Source of the DNA: Eledone cirrhosa
Taxonomy: Eukaryota
Direction of reading: 5' to 3'
DNA length: 64,000 nt
Assembly (NCBI GenBank): GCA_964016885.1
Contig: OZ024756.1
Span: 7,998,001-8,062,000 of the forward strand
Below the pieces are notes generated by a model. That model did no database searches. It saw nothing but the letters and a program-made list of their open reading frames with translations, and was not told the DNA's origin. Below are positions 44,974 to 59,050 of this stretch, piece after piece; position 1 is the stretch's first letter; each line of letters starts with the position of its first letter. The position numbers were made by a program, and so were the translations under genes.

Positions 44974-46250
44974 TTAGGTAAGGCGGGTCTTCTCTATTGC
45001 TGAGTACCGCCAAAGGTCTCGGTCCAGTGACATTGTCTTGGTGAGGTGTAAGTGTGTGAGGTCGGAGTTTATCAGCTCGTCCCAGGTTTTTCTGGGTCTG
45101 CCTATTCCGTGGCTACCGTCTATCTTTATTGCCCTGCACTTTGTTATACAGCTATCGTCCTTCATGCGCATCACGTGACCATACCAACGTAGCCTTCTCT
45201 CTAGTAAACAACATCTGATCCCTCTTATTTCTAATTTTTTCCTTAGTTCGTTTATGCTTTGTCGTTCACGTATATTACTATTACACATCCAGCGGAGCAT
45301 GCAAGCTTCGTTTCTCTCTAGTCTGCGTATATCCTCTGCACACAATGCCCAGGTCTCACTGCCATGCAACATTGCTGTTCATATGCAGGCATCGTACAGC
45401 CTGCCTTTCATTTTTAGGGAGAACCCTTTAGCGGCTAATAGTGGTATAAGCTCTCTGAACTTTTTCCACCCAGTTCTGACTCTAGCTACTGTACTTTCAG
45501 AGCACCCTCCCCCATTGCTGATTTTGTCACCCAGGTAACGGAAGCTGTCCACTATTTCTATAGAACCCTCTGCGCAGTTGAAAGAGCTAGTATTTTGTGG
45601 GCACTTGCTGCTACTTATTTCCCCAGAACACCGGCCACATGTAAAATCTATGTTCTTAGTTAGCTTACCTGTGATCCCACTACATCTTTTATGCACCCAA
45701 ACTTTGCATTTGGGACACAAAATGGAATTTCTACCTACGCCTTTCCTACACTCTGCGCATGGCCACTTCCCGGAGGGGACCGCTGCCATATTTTCTTTCT
45801 TACAAACTAGAACTTTAGTCTTAGCTAGGTTAATTTTAAGGCCTTTTGATTCTAGGCCGTGCTTCCATGTTTGGAATTTCTTCTCTAGCTCGGCCATTGA
45901 TTCAGCTATGAGCGTCAGATCAGCTGCGTATAGGAGTTCCCATGGGCAGCCGGTCTTGAACTCCACTGTTATAGCCTGGAGGGCAATAATAAATAGTAGG
46001 GGGCTAAGAACAGAGCCCTGATGAACACCAACTTTTACACTAAACTCTTCACTATATTCGTTGTTAATTCTAACCTTGCTGACTGTTTCTTTATACATGG
46101 CTTGTATAGCTCTCACAAGCCATTCATCAACACCTAGTTTTCTAAGAGCCCACCAGATAATGGAACGGGGGACTCTGTCGAAGGCCTTCTCCAAGTCGAC
46201 GAAAGCTAAGTATAGGGGTTTACGTTTAGCTAGGTAGGTACTTTTTCCTG
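44974..46250 (-). pseudogene. RTE ORF fragment 3: RT core and C-terminus, inactivated
   Basis: ORFs 45379-46194 and 44974-45372 are in the same frame, separated by an in-frame TGA at 45379-45381 (ACI*TAMLHG). The catalytic YADD reads YAAD at 45919-45930. Confidence 0.93.
45628..45759 (-). other. PHD-type zinc finger (C4HC3) coding segment inserted within the RT domain
   Basis: CAECRKGVGRNSILCPKCKVWVHKRCSGITGKLTKNIDFTCGRC = C-x2-C-x10-C-x2-C-x4-H-x2-C-x14-C-x2-C, with the typical aromatic residues (W-x-H; F two residues before the last CxxC). Confidence 0.88.
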
Positions 46251-49200
46251 TGTCTTACTATATCACACTCTGTACAATATCTAATCTATAGTCTTACTAT
46301 ATATAGCACACTCTCTAAATTATCTAATCTATAGTCTTACTATATCACACTCTCTACATTATCGAATCTATAGTCTTACTATATACATCACACTCTCTTC
46401 TTTATCTAATCTATAGTCTTACTATATTTATCACACTCTCTACATAATCTAATCTATACTCTTACTATATCACACACTCTACATTATCTAATCTATAGTC
46501 TTACTATATTTATCACATTCTCTACATAATCTAATCTATAGTCTTACTATATCACACACTCTACATTATCTAATATATAGTCTTACTATATCACACTCTC
46601 TACATCATCTAATCTATAGTCTTACTATATTTATCTCACTCTCTACGTTATGTAATCTATAGTCTTAAAATATCACATTCTCTACATTATCTAATCTATA
46701 GTCTTACTATATATATCACTCTCTCTACATTATCTATTCTATAGTCTTACTATATATATCACACTCTCTACATTATCTTAGCTATAGACTTACTATATAT
46801 ATCACACTCTCTACATTATCTAATCTATAGTCTTACTATATCGCACTCTCTACATTGTCTAATCTATATTCTTACTATATCACACTCTCTACATTATCTA
46901 ATCTATAGACCTACTATATCACACTCTCTACATTATATAATCTATAGTCTTACTATATCTCACTCTCTACATTTTATAATCTATACTCTTACTATATAAC
47001 ACTCTCTACATTATCTAATCTCTAGTCTTACTACATATATCTCACGCTCTACATTATCTAATCTATAGTCTTACTATATCACACTCTCTACATTATCTAA
47101 TCTCCAGTCTTACTATATCTCACTCTCTACATTATCTAATGTATAGTCTTACTACATATATCACACACTCTACATTATCTAATCTATAGTCTTACTATAT
47201 ATATATCACACTCTCCACATTATGTAATCTATAGTCTTATTATATCACACTCTCTACATTATCTAATCTATAGTCTTACTATATATATCACACTCTCTAC
47301 ATTATCTATTCTCTCGTCTTACTATATATATCACACTCTCTACATTATCTTAGCTATAGTCTTACTATATATATCACACTCTCTACATTATCTTAGCTAT
47401 AGTCTTACTATATATATCACACTCGCTACATTATCTAATCTATAGTCTTACTATATTGCACTCTCTTCATTGTCTAATCTATAGTCTTACTAAATCACAC
47501 TCTCTACATTATCTAATGTATAGTCTTACTATATCTCACTCTCTACATTATCTAATCTGTAGTCTTACTATATCACAGTCTCTACATTATCTAATAAATA
47601 GTTTTACTATATATAGCACACTGTCTACATTATCTAATCTATAGACTTACTATATAACACTCTCTACATTATCTAATCGATAGTCTTACTATATCTCAGT
47701 CTCTACATTTTCTAATCTAGTCTTACTATATCTCACTCTCTACATTTTCTAATCTATAGTCTTACTATATCACACTCTCTGCATTATCTATAGTCTTACT
47801 ATATATATCACACTCTCTACTTCATCTAATATATAGTCTTACTATGTCACACTCTCTACATCATCTAATCTATAGTCTTACTATATATGTCTCACCCTCT
47901 ACATTATCTAATCTATAGTTTTACTATATCACACTCTCTACATTATCTAATATATTGTCCCACTCTATCACACTCTCTACAATATCTAATTTATAGTCTT
48001 ACTCTATATATATATCGGATTCTCTACATAATCTAACCTAAAGTTTTACTATATCACCCTCTCTATATTATCTAATCTATATTCTTACTATATCACTCTC
48101 TCTACATTATCTAATCTATTGTCTTACTATATATATCACACTCTCTACATTATCTAATCTAAAATCTTACCATATATTTCACACTCTCCACATTTTCTAA
48201 TCTATACTCTTATTATATCACACACTCTACATTATCTAATCTATAGTCTTATTGTATCACACTCTCTACATTATCTAATCTATAGTCTTACTATATATAT
48301 CAGACTTCCTACATTATCTAATCTATAGTCTTACTATATCGCTCTCTCTAAATGTCTAATCTATAGTCTTAAAGTATCACACTCTCTATATTAGCTAATC
48401 TATAGTTTAATATATTTATCTCGCTCTCTACATTATCTAATATATAGTCTTACTATATCTCACTCTCTACTTTATCGAATCTATAGTCTTAGTATATCCA
48501 CTCTCTACATTATCTGATCTATAGTCTTACTATATATATATCACACTCTCTACATTATGTAATCTATAGTCTTAATATATCCCATTCTCTACGTTATCTA
48601 ATCTATAGTCTTACTATATATATCACACTCTCTACATTATCTTAGCTATAGACTTACTATATATATCACACTCTCTACATTATCTAATCTATAGTCTTAC
48701 TATATCGCACTCTCTACATTGTCTAATCTATATTCTTACTATATCACACTCTCTACATTATATAATCTATAGTCTTACTATATCTCACTCTCTACATTTT
48801 ATAATCTATACACTTACTATATAACACTCTCTACATTATCTAATCTCTAGTCTTACTACATATATCACACTCTCTACATTATCTAATCTAGAGTCTTACT
48901 ATATATATCTGACTCTCTACATTATCTAATCTATAGTCTTACTATATCACACTCTCTACATTATCTAATCTCCAGTCTTACTATATCTCACTCTCTACAT
49001 TATCTAATGTATAGTCTTACTATATATATATCACACTCTCCACATTATGTAATCTATAGTCTTATTATATCACACTCTCTACATTATCTAATCTATAGTC
49101 TTACTATATATATCACACTCTCTACATTATTTATTCTCTCGTCTTACTATATATATCACACTCTCTACATTATCTTAGCTATAGTCTTACTATATATATC

Positions 49201-51780
49201 ATACTCTCCACGTTATCTAATCTATAGTCTTACTATATTGCACTCTCTACATTTTCTAATCTATAGTCTTACTAAATCACACTCTCTACATTATCTAAAG
49301 TATAGTCTTACTATATCTCACTCTCTACATTATCTAATTTGTAGTCTTACTATATCACAGTCTCTACATTATCTAATATATAGTATTACTATATATAGCA
49401 CACTGTCTACATTATCTAATCTATAGACTTACTATATAACACTCTCTACATTATCTAATCGATAGTCTTACTATATCTCAGTCTCTACATTTTCTAATCT
49501 ATAGTCTTACTATGTCCCACTCTCTACATCATCTAATCTATAGTCTTACTATATATATCTCACCCTCTACATTATCTAATCTATAGTTTTACTATATTAC
49601 ACTCTCTACATTATCTAATATATTGTCTCACCCTATCACACTCTCTACAATATCTAATCTATAGTCTTACTCTATATATATATCGGATTCTCTACATAAT
49701 CTAATCTAAAGTTTTACTATATCACCCTCTCTATATTATCTAATCTATATTCTTACTATATCACTCTCTCTACGTCATCTAATCTATTGTCTTACTATAT
49801 ATATCACACTCTCTACATTATCTAATCTAAAATCTTACCATATATTTCACACTCTCCACATTTTCTAATCTATAGTCTTACTATATCGCTCTCTCTAAAT
49901 GTCTAATCTATAGTCTAACAGTATCACACTCTCTATATTAGCTAATCTATAGTTTAATATATTTATCTCGCTCTCTACATTATCTAATCTATAGTCTTAC
50001 TATATCTCACTCTCTACTTTATCGAATCTTTAGTCTTAGTATATCCACTCTCTACATTATCTAATCTATAGTCTTACTATATATATCACACTCTCTACAT
50101 TATCTAATCTATAGTCTTACTATATCTCACTCTCTACATTTTCTAATCTACATTCTTACTATATCTCACTCTCTACATTATCTAATCTATAGTCTTACTA
50201 TATTTATCACACTCTCTAGATAATCTAATCTATAGTCTTATATATCACATTCTCTACATTATCTAATCTATAGTCTTACTATATAAGACTCTCTACATTA
50301 TCTAATATATAGTCTTACTATATATATATCTCACTCTCTACATTATGTAATATATAGTCGTAATATATCACACTCTCTACATTATCTAATCTATAGTCTT
50401 ACTATATATATCACTCTCTCTACATTATCTATTCTATAGTCTTACTATATATATCACACTCTCTACATAATCTTAGCTATAGACTTACTATATATATCAC
50501 ACTCTCTACATTATCTAATCTATAGTCTTACTATATCGCACTCTCTACATTGTCTGATCTATAGTCTTACTATATCACACTCTCTACATTATGTAATCTA
50601 TATTCTTACTATATCTCACTCTCTACATTATCTAATCTATAGTCTTACTATATCTCACTCTCTACATTTTCTAATCTATAGTCTTACTATATAACACTCT
50701 CAACATTATCTAATCTATAGTCTTACTATATATATCACACTCTCTATATTATGTAATCTATAGTCTTACTATATATATCTTACTCTCTACATTATCTAAT
50801 CTATAGTCTTACTATATCACCCTCTCTACATTATATATTCTATAATCTTACTATATCACACTCTGTATTTTATCTAATCTATAGTCTTTACTATATATAG
50901 CACACACTCTACATTATCTAATCTATAGTCTTACTATATCACACTCTCTACATTATCGAATCTATAGTCTTACTATATACATCACACTCTCTGCTTTATC
51001 TAATCTATAGTCTTACTATATATAGCACACTCTCTACATTATCTAATCTATAGTCTTACTATATATATCTCACTCTCTACATTATCTAAAGTATAGTCTT
51101 ACTATATCTCACTCTCTACATTATCTAATCTGTAGTCTTACTATATCACAGTCTCTACATTATCTAATCTATAGTTTTACTATATCACACTCTCTACATT
51201 ATCTAATATATTGTCTCACTCTATCACACTCTCTACAATATCTAATCTATAGTCTTACCCTATATATATATCGGATTCTCTACATAATCTAATCTAATGT
51301 TTTACTATATCACCCTCTCTATATTATCTAATCTATATTCTTACTATATCACTCTCTCTACATTATCTAATCTATTGTCTTACTATATATATCACACTCT
51401 CTCAATTATCTAATCTAAAATCTTACCATATATTTCACACTCTCCACATTTTCTAATCTATACTATTATTATATCACACACTCTACATTATCTAATCTAT
51501 AGTCTTATTGTATCACACTTTCTACATTATCTAATCTATAGTCTTACTATATATATCAGACTTCCTACATTATCTAATCTATAGTCTTACTATATCGCTC
51601 TCTCTAAATGTCTAATCTATAGTGTTACAGTATCACACTCTCTATATTAGCTAATCTATAGTTTAATATATTTATCTCGCTCTCTACATTATCTAATCTA
51701 TAGTCTTACTATATCTCACTCTCTACTTTATCGAATCTATAGTCTTAGTATATCCACTCTCTACATTATCTAATCTATAG

Positions 51781-52503
51781 TCTTACTATATATATCACAC
51801 TCTCTACATTATCTAATCTATAATCTTACTATATCACACTCTCTACATTATCTAATCTATAGTCTTACTATATCTCACTCTCTACATTTTCTAATCTACA
51901 TTCTTACTATATCTCACTCTCTACATTATCTAATCTATAGTCTTACTATATTTATCACACTCTCTAGATAATCTAATCTATAGTCTTATATATCACATTC
52001 TCTACATTATCTAATCTATAGTCTTACTATATATATCACACTCTCTACATTATCTAATCTATAATCTTACTATATCACACTCTCTACATTATCTAATCTA
52101 TAGTCTTACTATATCTTACTCTCTACATTTTCTAATCTATATTCTTACTATATCTCACTCTCTACATTATCTAATCTATAGTCTTACTATATTTATCACA
52201 CTCTCTAGATAATCTAATCTATAGTCTTATATATCACATTCTCTACATTATCTAATCTATAGTCTTACTATATATATCACACTCTCTACATTATCTAATC
52301 TATAATCTTACTATATCACACTCTCTACATTATCTAATCTATAGTCTTACTATATCTCACTCTCTACATTTTCTAATCTACATTCTTACTATATCTCACT
52401 CTCTACATTATCTAATCTATAGTCTTACTATATTTATCACACTCTCTAGATAATCTAATCTATAGTCTTATATATCACATTCTCTACATTATCTAATCTA
52501 TAG
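51781..52503 (+). repeat. 241-bp (6-monomer) unit, three tandem copies
   Basis: Marker TCTCTAGATAATCTAATCTATAGTCTTATATATCACATTC at 51961, 52202 and 52443. Confidence 0.9.
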
Positions 52504-52899
52504 TCTTACTATATAACACTCTCTACATTATCTAATATATAGTCTTACTATATATATATCTCACTCTATACATTATGTAATCTATAGTCGTAATATATCA
52601 CACTCTCTACATTATCTAATCTATAGTCTTACTATATAAATCACTCTCTCTACATTATTTATTCTATAGTCTTACTATATATATCACACTCTCTACATAA
52701 TCTTAGCTATAGACTTACTATATATATCACACTCTCTACGTTATCTAATCTATAGTCTTACTATATCGCACTCTCTACATTGTCTGATCTATAGTCTTAC
52801 TATATCACACTCTCTACATTATGTAATCTGTATTCTTACTATATCTCACTCTCTACATTATCTAATCTATAGTCTTACTATATCTCACTCTCTACATTT

Positions 52900-55800
52900 T
52901 CTAATCTATAGTCTTACTATATAACACTCTCAACATTATCTAATCTATAGTCTTACTATATATATCACACTCTCTACATTATCTAATCTAAAATCTTACC
53001 ATATATTTCACACTCTCCACATTTTCTAATCTATACTCTTATTATATCACACACTCTACATTATCTAATCTATAGTCTTATTGTATCACACTCTCTACAT
53101 TATCTAATCTATAGTCTTACTATATATATCAGACTGCCTACATTATCTAATCTATAGTCTTACTATATTGCTCTCTCTAAATGTCTAATCTATAGTCTTA
53201 CAGTATCACACTCTCTATATTAGCTAATCTATAGTTTAATATATTTATCTCGCTCTCTACATTATCTAATCTATAGTCTTACTATATCTCACTCTCTACT
53301 TTATCGAATCTATAGTCTTAGTATATCCACTCTCTACATTATCTAATCTATAGTCTTACTATATATATCACACTCTCTACATTATGTAATCTATAGTCTT
53401 AATATTTCCCATTCTCTACATTATCTAATCTATAGTCTTACTATATATATCACTCTCTCTACATTATCTATTCTATAGTCTTACTATATATATCACACTC
53501 TCTACATTATCTTAGCTATAGACTTACTATATATATCACACTCTCTACATTATCTAATCTATAGTCTTACTATATCGCACTCTCTACATTGTCTAATCTA
53601 TATTCTTACTATATCACACTCTCTACATTATCTAATCTATAGACCTACTATATCACACTCTCTACATTATATAATCTATAGTCTTACTATATCTCACTCT
53701 CTATATTTTATAATCTATACACTTACTATATAACACTCTCTACATTATCTAATCTCTAGTCTTTCTACATATATCACACTCTCTACATTATCTAATCTAG
53801 TCTTACTATATATATCTGACTCTCTACATTATCTAATCTATAGTCTTACTATATCACACTCTCTACATTATCTAATCTAGTCTTACTATATATATCTGAC
53901 TCTCTACATTATCTAATCACCAGTCTTACTATATCTCACTCTCTACATTATCTAATGTATAGTCTTACTACATATATCACACTCTCTACATTATCTAATC
54001 TATAGTCTTACTATATATATATCACACTCTCCACATTATGTAATCCATAGTCTTATTATATCACCCTCTCTACATTATCTAATCTATAGGCTTACTATAT
54101 ATATCACACTCTCTACATTATTTATTCTCTCGTCTTACTATATATATCACACTCTCAACACTATCTTAGCTATAGTCTTACTACATATATCACACTCTCT
54201 ACATTATCTAATCTATAGTCTTACTATATATATCACTCTCTCTACATTATCTATTCTATTGTCTTACTATATATATCACACTCTCTACATTATTTATTCT
54301 CTCGTCTTACTATATATATCACACTCTCAACATTATCTTAGCTATAGTCTTACTATATATATCATACTCTCCACATTATCTAATCTATAGTCTTACTATA
54401 TTGCACTCTCTACATTTTCTAATCTATAGTCTTACTAAATCACACACTCTACATTATCTAAAGTATAGTCTTACTATATCTCACTCTCTACATTATCTAA
54501 TTTGTAGTCTTACTATATCACAGTCTCTACATTATCTAATATATAGTATTACTATATATAGCACACTGTCTACATTATCTAATCTATAGACTTACTATAT
54601 AACACTCTCTACATTATCTAATCTATAGACTTACTATATCACAGTTTCTACATTATCTAATCGATAGTCTTACTATATCTCAGTCTCTACATTTTCTAAT
54701 CTATAGTCTTACTATATCACACTCTCTGCATTATCTAATCTATAGTCTTACTATATATATCACACTCTCCACTTTATCTAATATATAATCTTACTATGTC
54801 ACACTCTCTACATCATCTAATCTATAGTCTTACTATATATATCTCACCCTCTACATTATCTAATCTATAGTTTTACTATATCACACTCTCTACATTATAT
54901 AATATATTGTCTCACTCTATCACACTCTCTACAATATCTAATCTATAGTCTTACCCTATATATATATCACATTCTCTACATTATCTAATCTAAAGTTTTA
55001 CTATATCACCCTCTCTATATTATCTAATCTATATTCTTACTATATCACTCTCTCTACATTATCTAATCTATTGTCTTACTATATATATCACACTCTCTAC
55101 ATTATCTAATCTAAAATCTTACCATATATTTCACACTCTCCACATTTTCTAATCTATACTCTTATTATATCACACACTCTACATTATCTAATATATAGTC
55201 TTATTGTATCACACTCTCTACATTATCTAATCTATAGTCTCACTATATATATCAGACTCCCTACATTATCTAATCTATAGTCTTACTATATCGCTCTCTC
55301 TAAATGTCTAATCTATAGTCTTACAGTATCACACTCTCTATATTAACTAACCTATAGTTTAATATATTTATCTCGCTCTCTACATTATCTAATCTATAGT
55401 CTTACTATATCTCACTCTCTACTTTATCGAATCTTTAGTCTTAGTATATCCGCTCTCTACATTATCTAATCTATAGTCTTACTATATATATCACACTCTC
55501 TACATTATCTAATCTATAATCTTACTATATCACACTCTCTGCATTATCTAATCTATAGTCTTACTATATCTCATTCTCTACATTTTCTAATCTACATTCT
55601 TACTATATCTCACTCTCTACATTATCTAATCTATAGTCTCACTATATTTATCACACTCTCTAGATAATCTAATCTATAGTCTTACTATATAAACTATATA
55701 ACACTCTCTACATTATCTAATATGTAGTCTTACTATATATATATCTCACTCTCTACATTATGTAATCTATAGTCGTAATATATCACACTCTCTACATTAT

Positions 55801-58800
55801 CTAATCTATAGTCTTACTATATATATCACTCTCTCTACATTATCTATTCTATTGTCTTACTATATATATCACACTCTCTACATTATATTAGCTATAGACT
55901 TACTAAATATATCACACTCTCTACATTATCTAATCTATAGTCTTACTATATCACACTCTCAACATTGTCTGATCTATAGTCTTACTATATCACACTCTCT
56001 ACATTATCTAATCTATAGTCTTACTATATCTCACTCTCTACATTTTCTAATCTATAGTCTTACTATATAACACTCTCAACATTATCTAATCTATAGTCTT
56101 ACTATATATATCACACTCTCTACATTATCTAATCTAAAATCTTACCATATATTTCACACTCTCCACATTTTCTAATCTATACTCTTATTATATCACACAC
56201 TCTACATTATCTAATCTATAGTCTTATAGTATCACACTCTCTACATTATCTAATCTATAGTCTTACTATATATATCAGACTGCCTACATTATCTAATCTA
56301 TAGTCTTACTATATTGCTCTCTCTAAATGTCTAATCTATAGTCTTACAGTATCACACTCTCTATATTAGCTAATCTATAGTTTAATATATTTATCTCGCT
56401 CTCTACATTATCTAATCTATAGTCTTACTATATCTCACTCTCTACTTTATCGAATCTATAGTCTTAGTATATCCACTCTCTACATTATCTAATCTATAGT
56501 CTTACTATATATATCACACTCTCTACATTATGTAATCTATAGTCTTAATATTTCCCATTCTCTACATTATCTAATCTATAGTCTTACTATATATATCACT
56601 CTCTCTACATTATCTATTCTATAGTCTTACTATATATATCACACTCTCTACATTATCTTAGCTATAGACTTACTATATATATCACACTCTCTACATTATC
56701 TAATCTATAGTCTTACTATATCGCACTCTCTACATTGTCTAATCTATATTCTTACTATATCACACTCTCTACATTATCTAATCTATAGACCTACTATATC
56801 ACACTCTCTACATTATATAATCTATAGTCTTACTATATCACACTCTCTACATTATCTAATCTAGTCTTACTATACATATCTGACTCTCTACATTATCTAA
56901 TCACCAGTCTTACTATATCTCACTCTCTACATTATCTAATGTATAGTCTTACTACATATATCACACTCTCTACATTATCTAATCTATAGTCTTACTATAT
57001 ATATATCACACTCTCCACATTATGTAATCTATAGTCTTATTATATCACCCTCTCTACATTATCTAATCTATAGGCTTACTATATATATCACACTCTCTAC
57101 ATTATTTATTCTCTCGTCTTACTATATATATCACACTCTCAACACTATCTTAGCTATAGCCTTACTACATATATCACACTCTCTAAATTATCTAATCTAT
57201 AGTCTTACTATATATATCACTCTCTCTACATTATCTATTCTATTGTCTTACTATATATATCACACTCTCTACATTATTTATTCTCTCGTCTTACTATATA
57301 TATCACACTCTCAACATTATCTTAGCTATAGTCTTACTATATATATCATACTCTCCACATTATCTAATCTATAGTCTTACTATATTGCACTCTCTACATT
57401 TTCTAATCTATAGTCTTACTAAATCACACTCTCTACATTATCTAAAGTATAGTCTTACTATATCTCACTCTCTACATTATCTAATTTGTAGTCTTACTAT
57501 ATCACAGTCTCTACATTATCTAATATATAGTATTACTATATATAGCACACTGTCTACATTATCTAATCTATAGACTTACTATATAACACTCTCTACATTA
57601 TCTAATCTATAGACTTACTATATCACAGTTTCTACATTATCTAATCGATAGTCTTACTATATCTCAGTCTCTACATTTTCTAATCTATAGTCTTACTATA
57701 TCACACTCTCTGCATTATCTAATCTATAGTCTTACTATATATATCACACTCTCTACTTTATCTAATATATAATCTTACTATGTCACACTCTCTACATCAT
57801 CTAATCTATAGTCTTACTATATATATCTCACCCTCTACATTATCTAATCTATAGTTTTACTATATCACACTCTCTACATTATATAATATATTGTCTCACT
57901 CTATCACACTCTCTACAATATCTAATCTATAGTCTTACTCTATATATATATCACATTCTCTACATTATCTAATCTAAAGTTTTACTATATCACCCTCTCT
58001 ATATTATCTAATCTATATTCTTACTATATCACTCTCTCTACATTATCTAATCTATTGTCTTACTATATATATCACACTCTCTACATTATCTAATCTAAAA
58101 TCTTACCATATATTTCACACTCTCCACATTTTCTAATCTATACTCTTATTATATCACACACTCTACATTATCTAATATATAGTCTTATTGTATCACACTC
58201 TCTACATTATCTAATCTATAGTCTTACTATATATATCAGACTCCCTACACTATCTAATCTATAGTCTTACTATATCGCTCTCTCTAAATGTCTAATCTAT
58301 AGTCTTACAGTATCACACTCTCTATATTAACTAACCTATAGTTTAATATATTTATCTCGCTCTCTACATTATCTAATCTATAGTCTTACTATATCTCACT
58401 CTCTACTTTATCGAATCTTTAGTCTTAGTATATCCGCTCTCTACATTATCTAATCTATAGTCTTACTATATATATCACACTCTCTACATTATCTAATCTA
58501 TAATCTTACTATATCACACTCTCTGCATTATCTAATCTATAGTCTTACTATATCTCATTCTCTACATTTTCTAATTAACATTCTTACTATATCTCACTCT
58601 CTACATTATCTAATCTATAGTCTCACTATATTTATCACACTCTCTAGATAATCTAATCTATAGTCTTACTATATAAACTATATAACACTCTCTACATTAT
58701 CTGATATATAGTCTTACTATATATATATCTCACTCTCTACATTATGTAATCTATAGTCGTAATATATCACACTCTCTACATTATCTAATCTATAGTCTTA

Positions 58801-59050
58801 CTATATATATCACTCTCTCTACATTATCTATTCTATTGTCTTACTATATATATCACACTCTCTACATTATATTAGCTATAGACTTACTATATATATCACA
58901 CTCTCTACATTATCTAATCTATAGTCTTACTATATCACACTCTCAACATTGTCTGATCTATAGTCTTACTATATCACACTCTCTACATTATGTAATCTAT
59001 ATTCTTACTATATCTCACTCTCTACATTATCTAATCTATAGTCTTACTAT
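52900..59050 (+). repeat. ~3.0-3.15-kb tandem duplication with scattered SNPs
   Basis: AGACTGCCTAC at 53131/56277 (offset 3146). The offset is then 2984 for AATCACCAGTC (53915/56899), CTTACTATATAAACTATATAAC (55681/58665) and ORF pairs 54401/57385 and 55852/58836. Confidence 0.9.

Larger units (their letters stand above)
44919..46250 (-). mobile_element. RTE-clade LINE, 3' portion (RT core, PHD finger, C-terminal domain, short 3' UTR), inverted relative to the 5' portion
   Basis: The minus strand reads YLAKRKPLYLAFVDLEKAFDRVPR...GVHQGSVLSPLLF...LLYAADL...GLKINLAKTK...FRYLG...LHGSETW...RRLRWYGHVMR...GRPRKTW, the expected continuation of the RT cut at 43922. Stop at 44974-44976; 55-bp 3' UTR. 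Confidence 0.96.

Noticed and set aside
42233-46021. Overlapping antisense and alternate-frame ORFs (42233, 42355, 42809, 42955, 43225, 43247, 43478, 45254, 45578)
   Set aside because: They are shadow frames of the LINE ORF with no recognisable motifs.
42155-46250. Twin-priming 5' inversion, or a bacterial retron/group II intron RT
   Set aside because: The halves converge with flanking satellite between them, which is not twin-priming geometry. The APE domain and RTE motifs identify a eukaryotic non-LTR element.
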